Shown here piece after piece: positions 1-13,439 of a stretch of DNA of 64,000 nucleotides (position 1 is its first letter; each line of letters begins with the position of its first letter). This stretch comes from Glaucostegus cemiculus (taxonomy: Eukaryota), in contig CDPCPM010000479.1 in NCBI GenBank assembly GCA_976551045.1, positions 496,001 through 560,000 of the forward strand, in the 5' to 3' direction. A model generated the notes under the pieces. That model saw only the letters and a program-made list of their open reading frames with translations. It searched no databases and was not told the origin of the DNA. The position numbers and the translations under genes were made by a program.

Positions 1-2886
1 CACGTAATGGTAACTAGAAAGATCCCACTTTCAGAGTTAATTGAAAAGCGTTTGAAGAGTACATGTGAAGTGTGGAATTGAAAATGTATAAGCGCTCTGG
101 GGCTTGCAATTGAAATGCTTGGCGCTATTAAGTGATGGTAGATTTAGGTGCTGTGACCAGTAGAGCATTACTGTTAAATTTAATAATATTTAATTGTGGA
201 ATCAATTGAACTAAAGGCCAGGAACCTTTTAAAAGATATATCTGATGGAGGGATTTGGCTACCTGAAGTTGTGAAACCACAAAGTCGTCCATTCCTTACA
301 CAAACAGAAATTAGATATTGTGTATCGATTAGCTTTTCCTGAGGAAAAGAGAATATTTGTTTTATTAATGAGCTGTTTCCAACTTTTTTTTGAGTATCTT
401 GTAGATGATGCAGTATATTAATGAACTACGTGATTACAAAAATAAAATTTGAGTTACCGTGCAGTATTTTATAATTCTAAACAGTCCATAGGTAGTAATG
501 TATTAGTGTTTTAAAAAGAAAGTTAGTGTGACTTGTGCCAGTGTTACTGTTTTAGGTGAGTCTCCCCATACCCTTTTAATTCCTATCTCCCTTGTGTTCA
601 TATAGCCCAGTGAGTTTCACTTTCTAACCACTCTCTGGGAAAACAGGTTTCTCTTGAATTCCCTTCTGAATTCATTAATAACTGGTTCCCATAATGTATC
701 AACCATTTCAGAATTTTAAAGGTTTCATCCAGGTCATCTCTCATTTTTTTTCTAGATAAGGGAGTTTGTCCCTGACCAGTCTTTTCTGATAAATGTAACC
801 TGTATGTTCTATTCTAATTCTAGTAAATATTTGTACATTTTTTCCAGTGCTTCTGTATCTTTTATATAAAATGTCCAATGTTGCTCACCATGCTACTAAG
901 TATGGGCATGTAAGTAATAACGTAACATCTTATTTTGAAATTTGACCCCTCAGAAATGAACCCCATTCCCATATCCTCTTATTCCTTCCTTTGAAGCAGT
1001 ATGTGATGATCTCATTTTCTTCATCAAAGTATAACATTTTACTTTTGCTAATTAAATGCTGAATCTGCAGGCCATTCATATTTTCTTATTGTTTATCGAT
1101 ATTCTTCTCGTTTTTCACTGTACCACACGTGCATTGAAGTCCTGGCCTTGCAGCAGTTTAAGTGAGTAATTGTTGATGGTTCTGTTCAAGATATTTGACA
1201 TTTACCAGCAAATTTCAGGCCCTTGTAGCAGATTTCTTGAGTTGCTTTTGGTGGGTCACGATGAGTTACTTTTGTATCATAGAACATATCATCAGGACAT
1301 TAATGTACCACTAACTGAATAAGTTGTATTAGTTTTATTTATGAGCTCTTTATATTATCTTGTACATATTTGCAAACATGTCTGTGGAAGCTGTATTTGC
1401 TAGCGCTATGCTTAACTTCCATGTACAGTCTAATAGAAGTAGCATTTTGCCAAAAGAATGGATATTGAAAGAAGCCTCCAGAGGTTTTTTTGCAGTAAGA
1501 TTTTGTTTCGACTTTTAAAAATGTACCACTCATATAGAAACATTTATATGCAAATAATATACATTGAAATTATCTTTTGAACCTTTTATCAAAAGAAGTT
1601 AGTTGATTGCATGCCGTTTTCTTGGATACTCAAGTGGTTGTCTACTGAAAGGATCACCAATCACTTAATTTCATTCCTTACTGTAATGGTCGAGTTATGG
1701 TTTGAATGAAACATTAATGTAGCTATAAAGCAAACTGATTAAAATTTATTGCCATCGTTATTGACAGAATGTGTATCAATTGCCATTGTTCTATTTATAC
1801 TTCTAACTTTGTTATTACTGCTATACCAGGAGGTACTGAAATAGTGGAAAGAAGACTTTTGCTTCTTTATTCTAAATTTAATTATATAGTCTGAGGGAAT
1901 GGTACATACTGTTGTATATCAGGTGGAAGTTTCAACTGTATTATAGATGTCTCCATCTACAGCTGGTCATCACATTTGAACCATGGAATCTAGATAATGG
2001 CTATGTTAATCTGGCATTCCAAAGGATGATTAGCATTTTTAGATTTTTTTCTGTTTCAGAAATAAGAATTACTAGTAATCAATGGAGCCCAATGGAGCCC
2101 TCACCTGTACCTCATTTACTTCCCGTACTTCTGCTCTTAGTCCACTCCCCGCAGATAGAACAGGGGTAAAGTTTCCTTGGTCCTCACCTTTCACCCCACA
2201 GCCTGCACATCCAGCACATCATTCTTTGAAACTTCTGCCAGCTACAACTTCATTCTACCACCATCCACATCTTTTGCTCCCCACAGCTTTCTGCTTTCTG
2301 CAGGGACACTCCTGGATCACTCCCTGGTTTGTTCATATCCATTTCATACCCATCCTGCCTCCCCCTACCCGGCACTTTCCCCATACACTTTAGGAGGCAT
2401 ACCACCTGGCCCTACACCACCTCCCTCACCACCATCCAAGGCCCTAAACAGCCCTTCCATGTCAGGCAGAGATTCACATGCGTCTCCTCCAATCTTGTTT
2501 ATTGCATTCAATGCTCTCTACATTGGTGAGACCAAGTGCAGACTGGGTGACCACTTTGCCAAGTACTTGCACTCTATTTGCCATGGCCTTCTGGAGCTCC
2601 TGGTTGCTAGCCTTTTTAATTCCCCTCTCCATTTCCACACTGATCTATCTGTCTTCAGCTTCCTCTACTGCCAGGGTGAGATTAAAAGCAAATTGGAGGA
2701 ACAACACCTCATATGCTGCCTATGTAGTCTACAACCTGACAGCATGAATGCTGAATTTTCCGGTTTCTGGTAAACTGCACCCCCTCTGTCCCTTTTCCCT
2801 CTCCTGATCTATCCAGTTCCTCCTACACCTGCCTCTGCCCACCCCACCTCCCTTATTTGATTCCATGCTCCACCTTCCTTTCCTAT

Positions 2887-2986
2887 CAGAAGCATGGCGA
2901 CACTTGCAGCTGCTCCCAGAACACTACGCAAAAAGATGTATTTCACTATTTTGATGTACATGTGACAAATAAAGGTACCTTATCTT
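2887..2986 (+). mobile_element. 5'-truncated SINE tail nested in the Penelope 3' region
   Basis: cagaagcatggcgacacttgc..gtacatgtgacaaataaaggtaccttatct aligns with the 3' half of the SINE at 3449-3735. Confidence 0.8.
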
Positions 2987-3135
2987 TGTTGCCTCCATCT
3001 CTCAGCCTTTCTCACTATTTCCACTTTTTCCTCCTCCATTTGCCTATCACCCCCTCCTTCATCTGGATCCACCTATTGCTTGCCAGTTCTTGCTCCACCT
3101 TCTCCCCTTTATATTGGCTGTCTCCCTTCCACCTT

Positions 3136-3175
3136 TCAGTCCAGATGAGGGGTCTCCACCTGAAACGTCGACTGA
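3136..3175 (+). ncRNA. Minimal hammerhead ribozyme motif in PLE pLTR (best-preserved copy, U4A core change)
   Basis: Stem I tcagtc/gactga; core CAGATGA (consensus CUGANGA); stem II gggt-ctcc-acct; GAAAC; GTC cleavage triplet with palindromic ACGT stem III. Confidence 0.75.
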
Positions 3176-3448
3176 CCATTTCCCTCCACAGATGCAGCGT
3201 GACCTGCTGAGTTCCTCCAGCATTTTGTTTGTTGCTACAAATTCTTGTATCTGCAGTCTCCTATGCCTACAATTATTAGATAACTATTACTTGTATGTAA
3301 TTTTCCTTATCCTGGTCTGATTCTACAATTCAATCTCCATGAACTCCGCAGGTTAGGTGTTCCTTTGTATTCAGTAACAAATATGAATGATGTCACAGGA
3401 ATGAGGGTATAGTGGAATCTGTCAGTGGAGGGTAAATCTGATTTCAAA

Positions 3449-3735
3449 GTGTAGCAGTTAGAGTAATGGTATTACAACGCCAAGGACCTGGGTTCAATTC
3501 GGGCTACTTTCTGTAAGGAGCTTGTACGTTCTCCCCATGTCTGTATGAATTTCCTCCGGGTACTCCGGTTTCCTCCCGCATTCCAAAGACATACGGGTTA
3601 GGAAGTTATGGGCATGCTATATTAGTGCCAGAAACATGGCAACACTTGTGGGCTGCCCCCAGAACACTCTATGCAAAAGGTGCATTTCACTGTGTGTTTC
3701 GATGTATGTGTGACTAATAAAGATACCTTATCTTA
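3449..3735 (+). mobile_element. tRNA-derived V-SINE with Rex1-like tail
   Basis: B-box gggttcaattc; V-domain-like ttctccccatgtctg..tttcctccgggtactccggtttcctcccgcattccaaagac; tail ..gtgactaataaagataccttatctta. Confidence 0.85.
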
Positions 3736-3799
3736 AATGGATGAATTCAGAGCATTTTTTTTGTAAGTTAAGGTGGTTAGTCAGAGGTGGGATTGTGAA

Positions 3800-4590
3800 C
3801 AGGGAGGAGGATTTAAGGAGGCAAGGTAAACCAAGTGGGCAGGGACATGGCAGATGCAATAAAATGTGTAAAAATGTGAAGTTTACACTTTTCACATGAA
3901 GGTAAAGCCAACTTTTTTTTAAATGGTGAGAGATCAGGTAATGTTGATGTTCAGAGGAAGCTGAGTCTTTGTACACATGTCACTGAAAGCCAACATACAG
4001 GCATGGCAAGCAATTTGGAAGGTGAGTGGTATGAAAGGGTTTGAGCACAGATGTTTCATTGCAAGTCATATAGGGCCTTGGTGAGACTGCACTAGACTGT
4101 GTAGAGTTTGTCTCCTTAAATAAAAATGACATCCTTGCCGTTGAGGGAGTGCAGCGATATTTTTTTAGACTGGTTCCAGGGCTAGTGAGTTTGCTGTATG
4201 ATATGAAATTGAGTAGACCAAGTGCATATTTTCTGGAGTTCAGAAGAATGAGTGGAGGTGTCACTGAAACTTAAATATCTCACAAGGCTCAGCAAGCTGG
4301 GTGCAACGAGGATGTTTCCCCAGCTGAAAAGTCTAGAACCAGGAATCACAGCCTCAGAATAAGGGATAGGCCCTTTATGTCTGAGACGAGGAAAAATTTC
4401 TTCATGCTCATAGAATTCTCTATCCCAGTGGGCTCAGCTATCCAATTAATTTAAGACCTGTATCAATAGTTTTCTGGATATTAAGCGAATCAAGAAATAT
4501 GGGGGATGGAGCAGGACTTGAGATAGATCTTGATGAATGGTGGAGCAGTCTCAAAGGGCCAAATGGCCGACTCCTGGTTCTTCTTCTGTT
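3800..4590 (+). mobile_element. Degenerate CR1 LINE 3' fragment
   Basis: Decayed RT C-terminal sequence (tgggcag..tggcagatgcaa..aaatgtgaagtt; ttggtgagactgcac) and CR1 3' tail gaatggtggagcag..aagggccaaatggccgactcctg. Confidence 0.8.
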
Positions 4591-5639
4591 CATATTAGGT
4601 TGCACTTTACAAGTAGTCCTATTTCCAGTGAGGCATGTGACAATAATGAATCTCATAGATAAGCATGAGGCTTTCTGTAAAAAAGAAAATCAATGTGCCA
4701 TATTTTACCCTTTGATCATTAAAATGTCAAGTTTGGAATCTGTAGTCCTTTGGGAACTAACTTGGCTTTAGAATAATTTCTGGGAAAAAGGTGTTTATTG
4801 CAGATTTAAGGTCATGTTCCCTTCAAAATGTGGTTGTCAAGATCTATTTACAACACAATTGCTTGTTCTCTATTTGGATATTTTCCTGTGTGCTAAATGA
4901 GTGGGTTAACTTTTGCTGTAATTTATTTTCAGAAATAACACCCACTCTGAGGATGTTCTCTGTAGCCAATTATTTTCAACTTAATGTTCATCAAACTCCA
5001 TTGCTTGGCTTTAACGTCTTTTTTCTTTCAGTTTGTCAGTTAGAAAGCACAAGTGGACAATTGAACTTGGAGGGTTTTTAGTGAGGTCTTCTGTTTAAAC
5101 CTATTAATAGAAGAGTTCTAAAAGGTTGCTTGAGTAATAGTTTCACTCTTGTATAGGGTTTTGAAATCTATACTTGATTACATGTATAACATAATTCTTC
5201 ATTGAAATCATCAGGATCAAGCTGGAAGCTTTTGGATTCTAGTGATTTGCAGCCTGAAAACAGCATGATCAAAGAGCTCCACCTTTTGCAGCAAATTGCA
5301 GCTTTTGGATTCCCTCTAGTATCTCTGCAGTATAAACAATTCCACCAGTCTCTACTGGTAGTGGCTGCTTTGGAATATGTATTACCATAAATGTCTTGCT
5401 ACTGCCTTTCCAATATAGGAGGAGGATACATTTTTTGGACATTTTCCATCCTTTTAGCAGAAGTTGTTGAAAGGATTTCACTGCATGTTACTTAAGTAAA
5501 TGAACAGTTTGGTCCTACTGTGGCTGCTAAAAGTTTGACATTTTGGAAAACTGGAATGTCTCAATTGTTTTCCACCAAAAAGAATGGAAAGATGAGATAA
5601 TAATAGAATAGCAAATTGTTCTACAGAAGAGAAAGATCA

Positions 5640-5720
5640 ATAATTGTAGAAAATGCTGGAAATATCTGGCAGGGCAGATAGCATCTGTGGAGAAAGAAAT
5701 GTTTGGTATTTCACATTGCT
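5640..5720 (-). mobile_element. PLE pLTR fragment
   Basis: aaatgctggaaatatctggcagggcagatagcatctgtggagaaagaaa is the reverse complement of the recurrent pLTR motif. Confidence 0.65.
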
Positions 5721-6597
5721 TCAAAATATTACAAATCTAAAGTGTTTGAGCAAGTGGTGGCGAGGATGTTTGAAAGGAGTAAAGACCAGAAGGGAAGATA
5801 TGTAATAACATAACATATAGGAGGCAATGGATGACAGCCTATCCCCAGAAATGTTTGTGATTGGATACATAGACACATAGAAAGAATATAAGAACTGTGG
5901 GTATGTAATACCCCTACAACCCTTTAACCTGTTTCACCATTCAGTAAAATCACAGGTAGTATGATCTTGGGCCTCAATTCCTTTTGCTACCTGATCCCTA
6001 AAACCTTACTCAAGTGAATAGTTTTGGACATTCAGATAGCTAGATACTGAGAAACTGTAATTCCATGTTATTCTCGTTATTCTACTCTTCTGAATGCTTT
6101 GAGGGGAAATATGGTGTTAAATTATGCAGAGTAGCTTGGTTTGTTTTTAGGGCACTACTATTGACTGCTCTGAAATAAATGGTTGCCCATATTCTATTAT
6201 TTATCATACAGACGTCTGCTAATGATGAGATTCAGACATTATGACAACATGGTTGTACCTTATCATTAACCACTGGTCAGACTCAACTGGAAAATGGCAT
6301 TGGCGAGTTAATAGATTGCATTTCCCTTGGTTAGTATTCTGGCATATGTCACTACATCTAAAAGATAAAAGTGAAATATCCAAGGGAACACGGCAGGGTG
6401 GGTACTTTGCCATAGTTCATCTTAAGATTTAGTGCTTGGACCCCATGTGAACAATGAGAACCTTATGCAAATTTTGAAGCTTTTGGGGATTTTTTTCTTC
6501 CGTGCAGGTTTGTACTGCTATTCACCATTTGGAAGTACTCACTCTGCCTTTACCAGTTCTTCAGGTCTGGAAGATATAAAGGCCTGAAGTTTATACG

Positions 6598-6715
6598 TTG
6601 GTGGCATAGTGGTGTAGCTTGTAGAGCTACTGCCTCAGAACTCCAGTGACCCAAGTCTGATCCTGACCTCTGGTGCTGTCTTTGTGTAGTTTGCACATTC
6701 TCTCTGTGACTGCAT
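6598..6715 (+). mobile_element. V-SINE 5' fragment
   Basis: ggcatagtggtgtagc A-box-like head, then ggtgctgtctttgtgtagtttgcacattctctctgtgactgcatgg (start of V-domain). Confidence 0.7.
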
Positions 6716-6744
6716 GGAAAAAAGGCAGAAGGCAGAGAACCACA

Positions 6745-8075
6745 AGCCAATTAGTTTAACAGCTATTATTGGCAAGATGGTAGAGTCAATCAAAGAGGAA
6801 ATAGTTAATTATATTAAGCTTTTCTAAATGATTTAGCCCAGTCAGCATGGTTTTACGAATGGTAAATCGTGTTTGACAAGTTTGCTTGAATTCTCTAAGG
6901 ATGTAAGAGGGAGCATTGATAGAGAGGAAGCTGTGAGTGTAGTGTATGTAGATTTACAAGAGATATTTGGCATGGTGCATAAAGTAAAAGCTCAGGGTAT
7001 CGGAGGAAGTACATTAGAATGGATTTGAAACTGGGTGTGTTACATAAAAGAGAGGGAATAAATAGGACCTTTTCAGACTGAAAGGAGGTAATTAGTGGAG
7101 TACTGCAGGGATCAGTTCATGACCTGCATTCATTCACTATTTACATTAATGATCTGGAGGAAAGAATAGTATGCAAGGTTTCCAAATTTGCCAATGACAC
7201 AAAAATAGGTGGAAGGCATTTGCGATAAAGATTCTGTAATGGGATATAGATAGATTGAGTGAGTGGGACTGGCAAAATGGAGTTTAATGTGGGGAAGTAT
7301 AAGGTCACTTTGGTAAGAGAAATCAAAAATTATCTAAATAGAGGCTGCAAGTGAGTGAAGTACTGATGGATCTAGTTGTTCCAGTGAATGAATCACAAAA
7401 AGGTAGTAGGTGGCTCCAACAAGTAGTTAAGGTAACTGGCACTTTTGTCTTCATTGCAAAGGGGTTGGAGTTTAAAAATAGGGAGGTTTTGTTGCAACTA
7501 TACAGGATGTTGTTGAGGCCTCATCTGGAATACTGTATACTGTTATGGTCCCCTTAACTAAACAAAAAAGTTATAATAATGTTGAAGGCAGTACCAAGGA
7601 GATTAATCAGGCTAATGCCTGGAATGAGAGGGTTGTTACACCAAGTGAGACTAAATAGTTTGGGTCTGTATTCCTTGGAGTTTAGAAGAATGAGGGGTGA
7701 ACATATTCAAACATAAGGTCCTAAGGGGGATTGACAAGGTTCATGTAGGGATGTTTTCACTAGTGGGAGAATCTCAAACAAAGGGACATAATTGCAAGAT
7801 AGGGAGCCGGTTACTTAAAGCTGAGGTACATGGAAATTTCTTCTTGCAGAGGATGGTGAATCTCTGGAATTTTCTGTCCCGGCAGGTAGTGGAATCTGGA
7901 TTATTTGAAGTGTTTAAAGTTGAGGTTAGTAAAGATTTGATAGATCAAGAAATAGAAGGGCATGGAGAAATGGCACAGAAGAGGAGTTGAGGTCATCATG
8001 GAATAGCTATGATTGTATTAAATGGTGGTGTGAGCTTGAAGTACCTGTTGGCCTACTCCTGCTCCTGTTTTCCTG
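6745..8075 (+). mobile_element. CR1 LINE fragment (RT domain to 3' end), decayed
   Basis: Sequence encodes remnants SQHGFTNGKSCLT, SKFANDTK (YADD region) and LLQLYRMLLRPHLEYC; ends in CR1 3' tail ttggcctactcctgctcctg. Confidence 0.9.
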
Positions 8076-8084
8076 CGTTCTTGT

Positions 8085-8280
8085 TCTTGTGTTCCTCTGG
8101 GTATTCTGGTTTCCTCTCGCATACCATAGACCAGAAGGATAGGCCACTATAAATTGCTTTAATGTATGTGAGTAAGTGGTAGAATATGGGGGTAGTTGAT
8201 GGCAATATAGGGAGAATAAAAATAGCATTAATGCAGCGTAAATGAGTTTAATGGTCAGCATATAATTGGTGGACTGAGGG
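8085..8280 (+). mobile_element. V-SINE 3' fragment
   Basis: ttcctctgggtattctggtttcctctcgcat V-domain remnant and tail ttggtggactgaggg. Confidence 0.6.
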
Positions 8281-8680
8281 GTGGTAAAGGATGATGGGTA
8301 GATGGAGTCAAGAGGGGAAGGGGTGGAGTTGGCAGACAAAGTCAGGTGGATGATAGGTGGGAGCAGACAAAGGAAATAAAAAAGGCATTTGGAACTAGGT
8401 GGCGAGAGGACAGGGAGAATTGGTGACAAACCAGGAGGGTGATGAGCAGGAACGTGAAGACTACCAATGCTGGAATCTGATAAGTATGGAAGGTGATGGA
8501 ACCATTATGGAGAAGTGAAGGGCAGATGAAACCAGATGGGGGAGGGATCTGGTGGGTGAAATGTGTGGGTAGTAGGTGGATGGAACAAGGAGGGGAGGGG
8601 GATGAAAATAGGTGATGGGTGGGCTGGAAGTGGGTGTTGGAAAGGGTACAAAATGGGAAGAAATTGGAGATGTCAAAAAA
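8280..8680 (-). mobile_element. PLE 3' region fragment (purine-rich on + strand)
   Basis: gatgaaaccagatgggggaggg and tgataggtggg motifs resemble the PLE 3' region at 28305-28440 and are complementary to 29420-29530. Confidence 0.55.
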
Positions 8681-8959
8681 AATATCTCCACGTTGATGAG
8701 ACCATTTGATATTTACATGTTAATGACTAACTTTTGTTTCTCTCTCCGACTTAGGTCTTGCAACTTGAGTATTTTCAGCAGTTCCTGAATTTATTTCATA
8801 TTTCCAATGTCTGCAGTATTTATTTTTATTGGATTATTTCCTATTAATCCAGTTGTGTTATCCTTGCATCTGATTAAATTGTCTGCCTAGCTTCACATTG
8901 TAGGTTTATGTGAGAGGTACTATTTATAATCCTGGAACCTATTATTAAGAATGTAGTAG

Positions 8960-9555
8960 CAAAGGAAAGCCAGGAGGGGCCATGAAAAGTCCTTAGCAAG
9001 TAGGAGAATCCAAAGGCATTCTATACCTATATCAGGAATAAGGATAGTGAGGGAAAGGGTAGGACCACTTAAGGATAAAAAAGGGAATCTACGTTTGGAT
9101 GCAGAGGATGTGGGTAAGGTTCTGCATGAGTACTTCTCTTCATTATTTACCCTGGGAAGGGACATGCAGGATGCAGAAATTGGAACTGAGGGCGGAAACA
9201 GGGCATTTAGAGGTCAAGGAGGAGGTAGTGTTAGGTCTCCTAAACAGTATCAAGGCGGATAAGCCCCTGGGGCCCGATGGAATACACCCCAGGTTACTGA
9301 GGGAGGCGAGAGAGGACGTTGCTGGGGCCTTGACCAGTATCTCTGTGTCCTCTTTGATCACGGCTGAGGTCCCAGATGACTGGCAAGTGGCTAATGTTGT
9401 TCCTCTGTTTAAGAAAGGAGCAAGGGAAAATCTGGGCAACCATAGACTGGTGAGTCTCACGTCAGTTGCAGGGAATTTGCTGGAGAAAATTCTTCGAGAT
9501 AGGATATACGAACATCTGGAATCCAATGGCTTGATTAGAGAAAGCCAGCATGACT
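8960..9555 (+). mobile_element. CR1 ORF2 internal fragment (pre-RT tether and RT start)
   Basis: ORF 9099-9557 contains KPLGPDGIHPRLLREAREDVAGAL..VPDDWQVANVVPLFKKG..GNHRLVSLTSVAG..LIRESQH. Confidence 0.92.
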
Positions 9556-10037
9556 GACCATGAATGAAAGACCATTTCATTAAGATATACAGTATAAGAT
9601 TCTGAAAGGAATACAGATGCCAGGAGGCTGTTTCCTCAGGAATCTAAAATAATGGTGGAGAGTCTCAGGATCGGGGGGGGGGGGGGGGTGGGGTGGGAGT
9701 CAACAATTTAAGCCAGATGAGAAATGTTTTTACAATTTTACATTTAGAATTTTCTTTCTCAGAGAGTTGTGGATACTCAGCCATTGAGTTTGCTCAAAAC
9801 TGTGATTGAGGGTAACAGGGATTGGCTGGGAAGATAGATGAGGTATGGGGTTGAAGCTTATTGAATGGGCCATAATGCTCAAGGGACTGTATGACCTACA
9901 CCTATTATGGACAGTTTATACAGGTCACTCTGAGAAACTATGAGGGCTTTGGCAAAGAAATGTAAAGATTTACGAGAGGCGATTTCTGTTGGGGCTTCAT
10001 CACAATGTGTGCTCAACAAAGTGATATAGGATGAAGG

Positions 10038-10640
10038 ATCATAGAGTCATAGAGTTCTACAGCACAGAAATAGGCCCTTCATCCCACGAAGTTCATGCCA
10101 ACCTTTTTTTCCATCTCCACTAACCTCATTTGCCTGCATTAGGACCATATCCTTCTATGCCTTGCCTCTTTAAGTGTTTGTCTAAATGTCTCTTAAATGT
10201 AGTAATTATACCTGATTCCACCATCTCCTCTGGCAGCATGTTCCAGATGTTCTAAAAAGACGTACGGGTAGGTTAATTTGGGAGCTTAAAATGGACGGCG
10301 CGGACTCGTTGGGCCGAAAGAGCCTGTTACCATGCTGTAAATAAAAAAAAATTATCAATTATACTGTGTAAAAAAGATATTCCTCAGATCCCCTTTAAAA
10401 CTCATACCTCTTAGCTTAAACTCATATCCTCTTAATTTTGATACCCTATGATGGGAGAAAGATTTTGATTATCTACCCAATCTATGCCTCTCATAACCTT
10501 GTATATTTCTATCAGGGCAACCCTCAGCCTCCTTCACTCCTGGAAAACAAGCCCAGCCTATCAAATCTCTTCACATAACTTCAATGCAGGCAACATCATG
10601 GTGAATGTCCTTTCCTCTCTTTTTAGCATAATCATATCCT
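10038..10640 (-). mobile_element. CR1 3' end fragment, interrupted by a SINE
   Basis: atagagtcatagag..acagaaataggcccttc is the reverse complement of the CR1 tail; tctatctacccaatctatgcctctcataacc is a recurrent CR1 minus-strand motif. Confidence 0.8.
10250..10350 (+). mobile_element. 5'-truncated young V-SINE (CR1-type tail) with A-tail
   Basis: Nearly identical to 63527-63620 (aaagacgtac..taggttaatttggg..ggactcgttgggccgaaag..cctgttacca.gctgtaaataaaa); CpGs retained. Confidence 0.85.
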
Positions 10641-11509
10641 TTGACCTGAAACATTACCTATTTCTCTTTTCACACTTGCTACCCGACCTGCTGAGTTTTT
10701 CCAGTTTATTCTGTTTTTATTTCAGATTTCCACCACTTGCAGCTTTTTTCTGATCTTTCAAAGTACTGTAGCACATCCTTGAGAAGCTGGAGTACTGAGA
10801 GTTCAAATGACCAATATTTCATTAACTCTTTTAGTGAAAGATTTCCGCTCAGTTGCTTTTCCCTCTCAAATATCACAATTGGCATTGAGTGCAAGTGCCA
10901 TATTTAGTCATTAAAATTTATTGTGGGGCAGCAATTCTAAATTGTTGGCCTCAGGGACCAAATAACAAACTACAAAATACTCGAGGCATGGTCTGCTGTG
11001 TAGTATTGATCAGGGCAAAATATTAGGTTAGCAGCAGTAAAGTGCCATTAAATGCCAAGTATAATAGCAGTGGAATGCTATTAAGGTAGCTTTTTCATTG
11101 CATTGATGCAATTGTTTTGTCAATTTAGTTAGGATTGATGTTGCGTGCTGGTAAAAGATAATTATATTTCATACTTTGTATATGAATGAGCAGAGGGATA
11201 GAGAACCAGGACTCCTGTATTTTCCCCTATGCCACAGAGAAATGTATCTCCCTAGTTTGAATGGATGAACTGAGTTGCAGGTATCATACTGAGGTTGACA
11301 CCAGAACACTGCACTGCTTTGATAATTTGTGAAACATCTAGTATGTGTCCTTATTTTTCAACATTGCACTCTGTTGACTTCTTTATAATGTCATTTTGCA
11401 AAGTAGACAAATATTCTCTTCATCTTTAGATTTTTGAAAATAATACGTATTGTACTTTATAACTGCCAATTACTTTCAGACAAGTGACTAATAGTAAGCA
11501 AGTAATATG

Positions 11510-11802
11510 AGAAGGTGGCATCCATCACTAAGGACCCTCACCGTCCAGGACATGTCCTCTTCTCAATACTACCATTGGGGAGGAGGTACAGAAGCCTGAA
11601 GACTCACTCAACAATTCAGGAACAGCTTCTTCCTCTCCATTGTCAGATTTCTGAATGGTCCATAAAACCCATCTCGTTATTCCTTTTCTTTGCTCTACTT
11701 ATTTAGTTTTGTAATTTATAGTAATTTTATATCTTTGCACTGGTTGCTACTGCAATACAACAAATTTCACCACACAAGTCAGTGATAATAAATCTGATTC
11801 TA
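11510..11802 (+). mobile_element. Rex1/Babar LINE 3' fragment
   Basis: ASITKDPHRPGHVLFSILPLGRRYRSLKTH matches the C-terminus of the Rex element at 20140-20290; tail gtgataataaatctgattct. Confidence 0.8.
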
Positions 11803-13439
11803 ATACAACTCCAAATCCCAACTTGCATTTTCACTTTATACTGTCTGCTTCACTCATACAACTGTGGTGGTGATGCAATCCTCACCACTGTAATGCCTTT
11901 ATTGGTACTTACTCTTCTGAAAATATCACCATTACTTCTGAATACTTTGTTTACACCTCTGGGCTCTTCTATAAAATCCACATTGTGATATTTTAGTGAT
12001 ATTGTGATATTGTTTGAAACTTTGAATTTCAATTCCCAATGTATACTGATGATACCAATACTATGACTTCACCATCTTTTTTTGACCAGTCCATTTCCTT
12101 TAAACTTCTGATATCCACTCCTTCTTCAGTCTTAAATGTAAGGCAGGCTAAAGCCACCTTTGACCAGAGAATCTGCTTATTGGATGCTGGCTTGACTCCC
12201 AACTATCTTGGGTTATATTCCCAACCTTGGTATTCTGTTTGACCCCAAGCAGAGTTACCTAGACTTCCCCATAACCTTGCATGCACTTTATAACATTTCT
12301 CACCTCACCCTTCAGTCAGTATAAAAAGTGACATTTATTGTGTCAGTTATGTGGTGTTAAAACGGGTGAAGCTCCATTTGAAAATAACTAAGGTATGTTC
12401 TTCACTTTTGGCTACCCATAAAATTTGGCTGAAGTAGAAGAAACTAAGACGCTGATTTCCAGGATAACCATTCATAATGGCTTATGGCTCATGGGTCAGA
12501 AAGTTTAGATATTTAAAAAAAAGACTTGATTGATTTTATCCAAAATGACTTGTCTTATCATGAGCTAAATCAGATCAATGAGGTCAGCAAAGGTTGACCA
12601 TCACCACAAGACAAGATTTACTCCTTGACTGTTGTTATTTGGGCAGGAAAGCACCCAAGACAGTCAAGTTCCATGTCATAGTGACATTCAGTTGACATCA
12701 GTCTGAAAATGTAATAATTTATAATAAATATTGTTTTAAAGCAAAAGTTGGATTATTAACTATTAAAATCTACTAACATTTCAGTTAACTATTAAGGACA
12801 TTACTTGGAAGAGTATTTACATTTTGCAATGACTTTACAGAGAAACAAATATTCTTTGAAATAATTCGAAGACTCTGAATGCTCAAGTTTATTTTTCATT
12901 ATTTGTGACCAGTTTTGCAGAGACACGTGTAGTTATTCGCTGACTTTTAGTAAGTAGCAAAAAGCTAAAATAGTAACTATTAATGTTTGTGTATTATCTC
13001 TCACTCTGTGAAAATTAATGTAAGTTCAGAGCACTTAGTGATTATTAGAATGGCAATTATCAAAAGTATTTGGTTAACATGAAGTAATGCAGTTGTTCAA
13101 ATTCTGAATCACAATTTCTAAAGTTTGTACTTCACTCATCATCTTTGTACTCCCTCATCAGTCCTTTGTCCCTCATCCCATATATTTGCTGAAGCGTAAT
13201 CCAAGCGGATTATTATAACTGCCACTGTTACCAATTTTAACAAGGTTGTTGAACATCTATATGGACAGTGCTATTCTGTTTATTCAGACATCTAATCAAC
13301 AGGCTATTGATTGATAGCCCAGTTTCAGCAAAGCTTACCATGTAATGATCACAAGATCTGGAGATTCCTACTTTTCTGTCCCAATCAAGAGTAGCTATAG
13401 CCTATTGCAACACTAGTGCTGCTTCCCCAACTGGGAAGC

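Larger units (their letters stand above)
2146..3268 (+). mobile_element. Penelope-like element (PLE) 3' fragment: RT-EN linker, GIY-YIG endonuclease and pLTR, frameshifted
   Basis: ORF pieces VLTFHP, PGTFP..IQGPKQPFHVRQRFTCVSSNLVYCIQCS and LYIGETKCRLGDHF..FNSPLHFHTDLSV..KLEEQHLI..LQPDSMNAEFSGF match a PLE GIY-YIG domain. They are followed by a pyrimidine-rich 3' region and the recurrent pLTR motif (cacagatgc..gacctgctgagttcctccagcattttg). Confidence 0.9.

Noticed and set aside
9673-9698. G-run as a functional G-quadruplex (similar C/G runs at 18370, 36852, 39034, 50575)
   Set aside because: Homopolymer expansions inside decayed TEs with no evidence of function.
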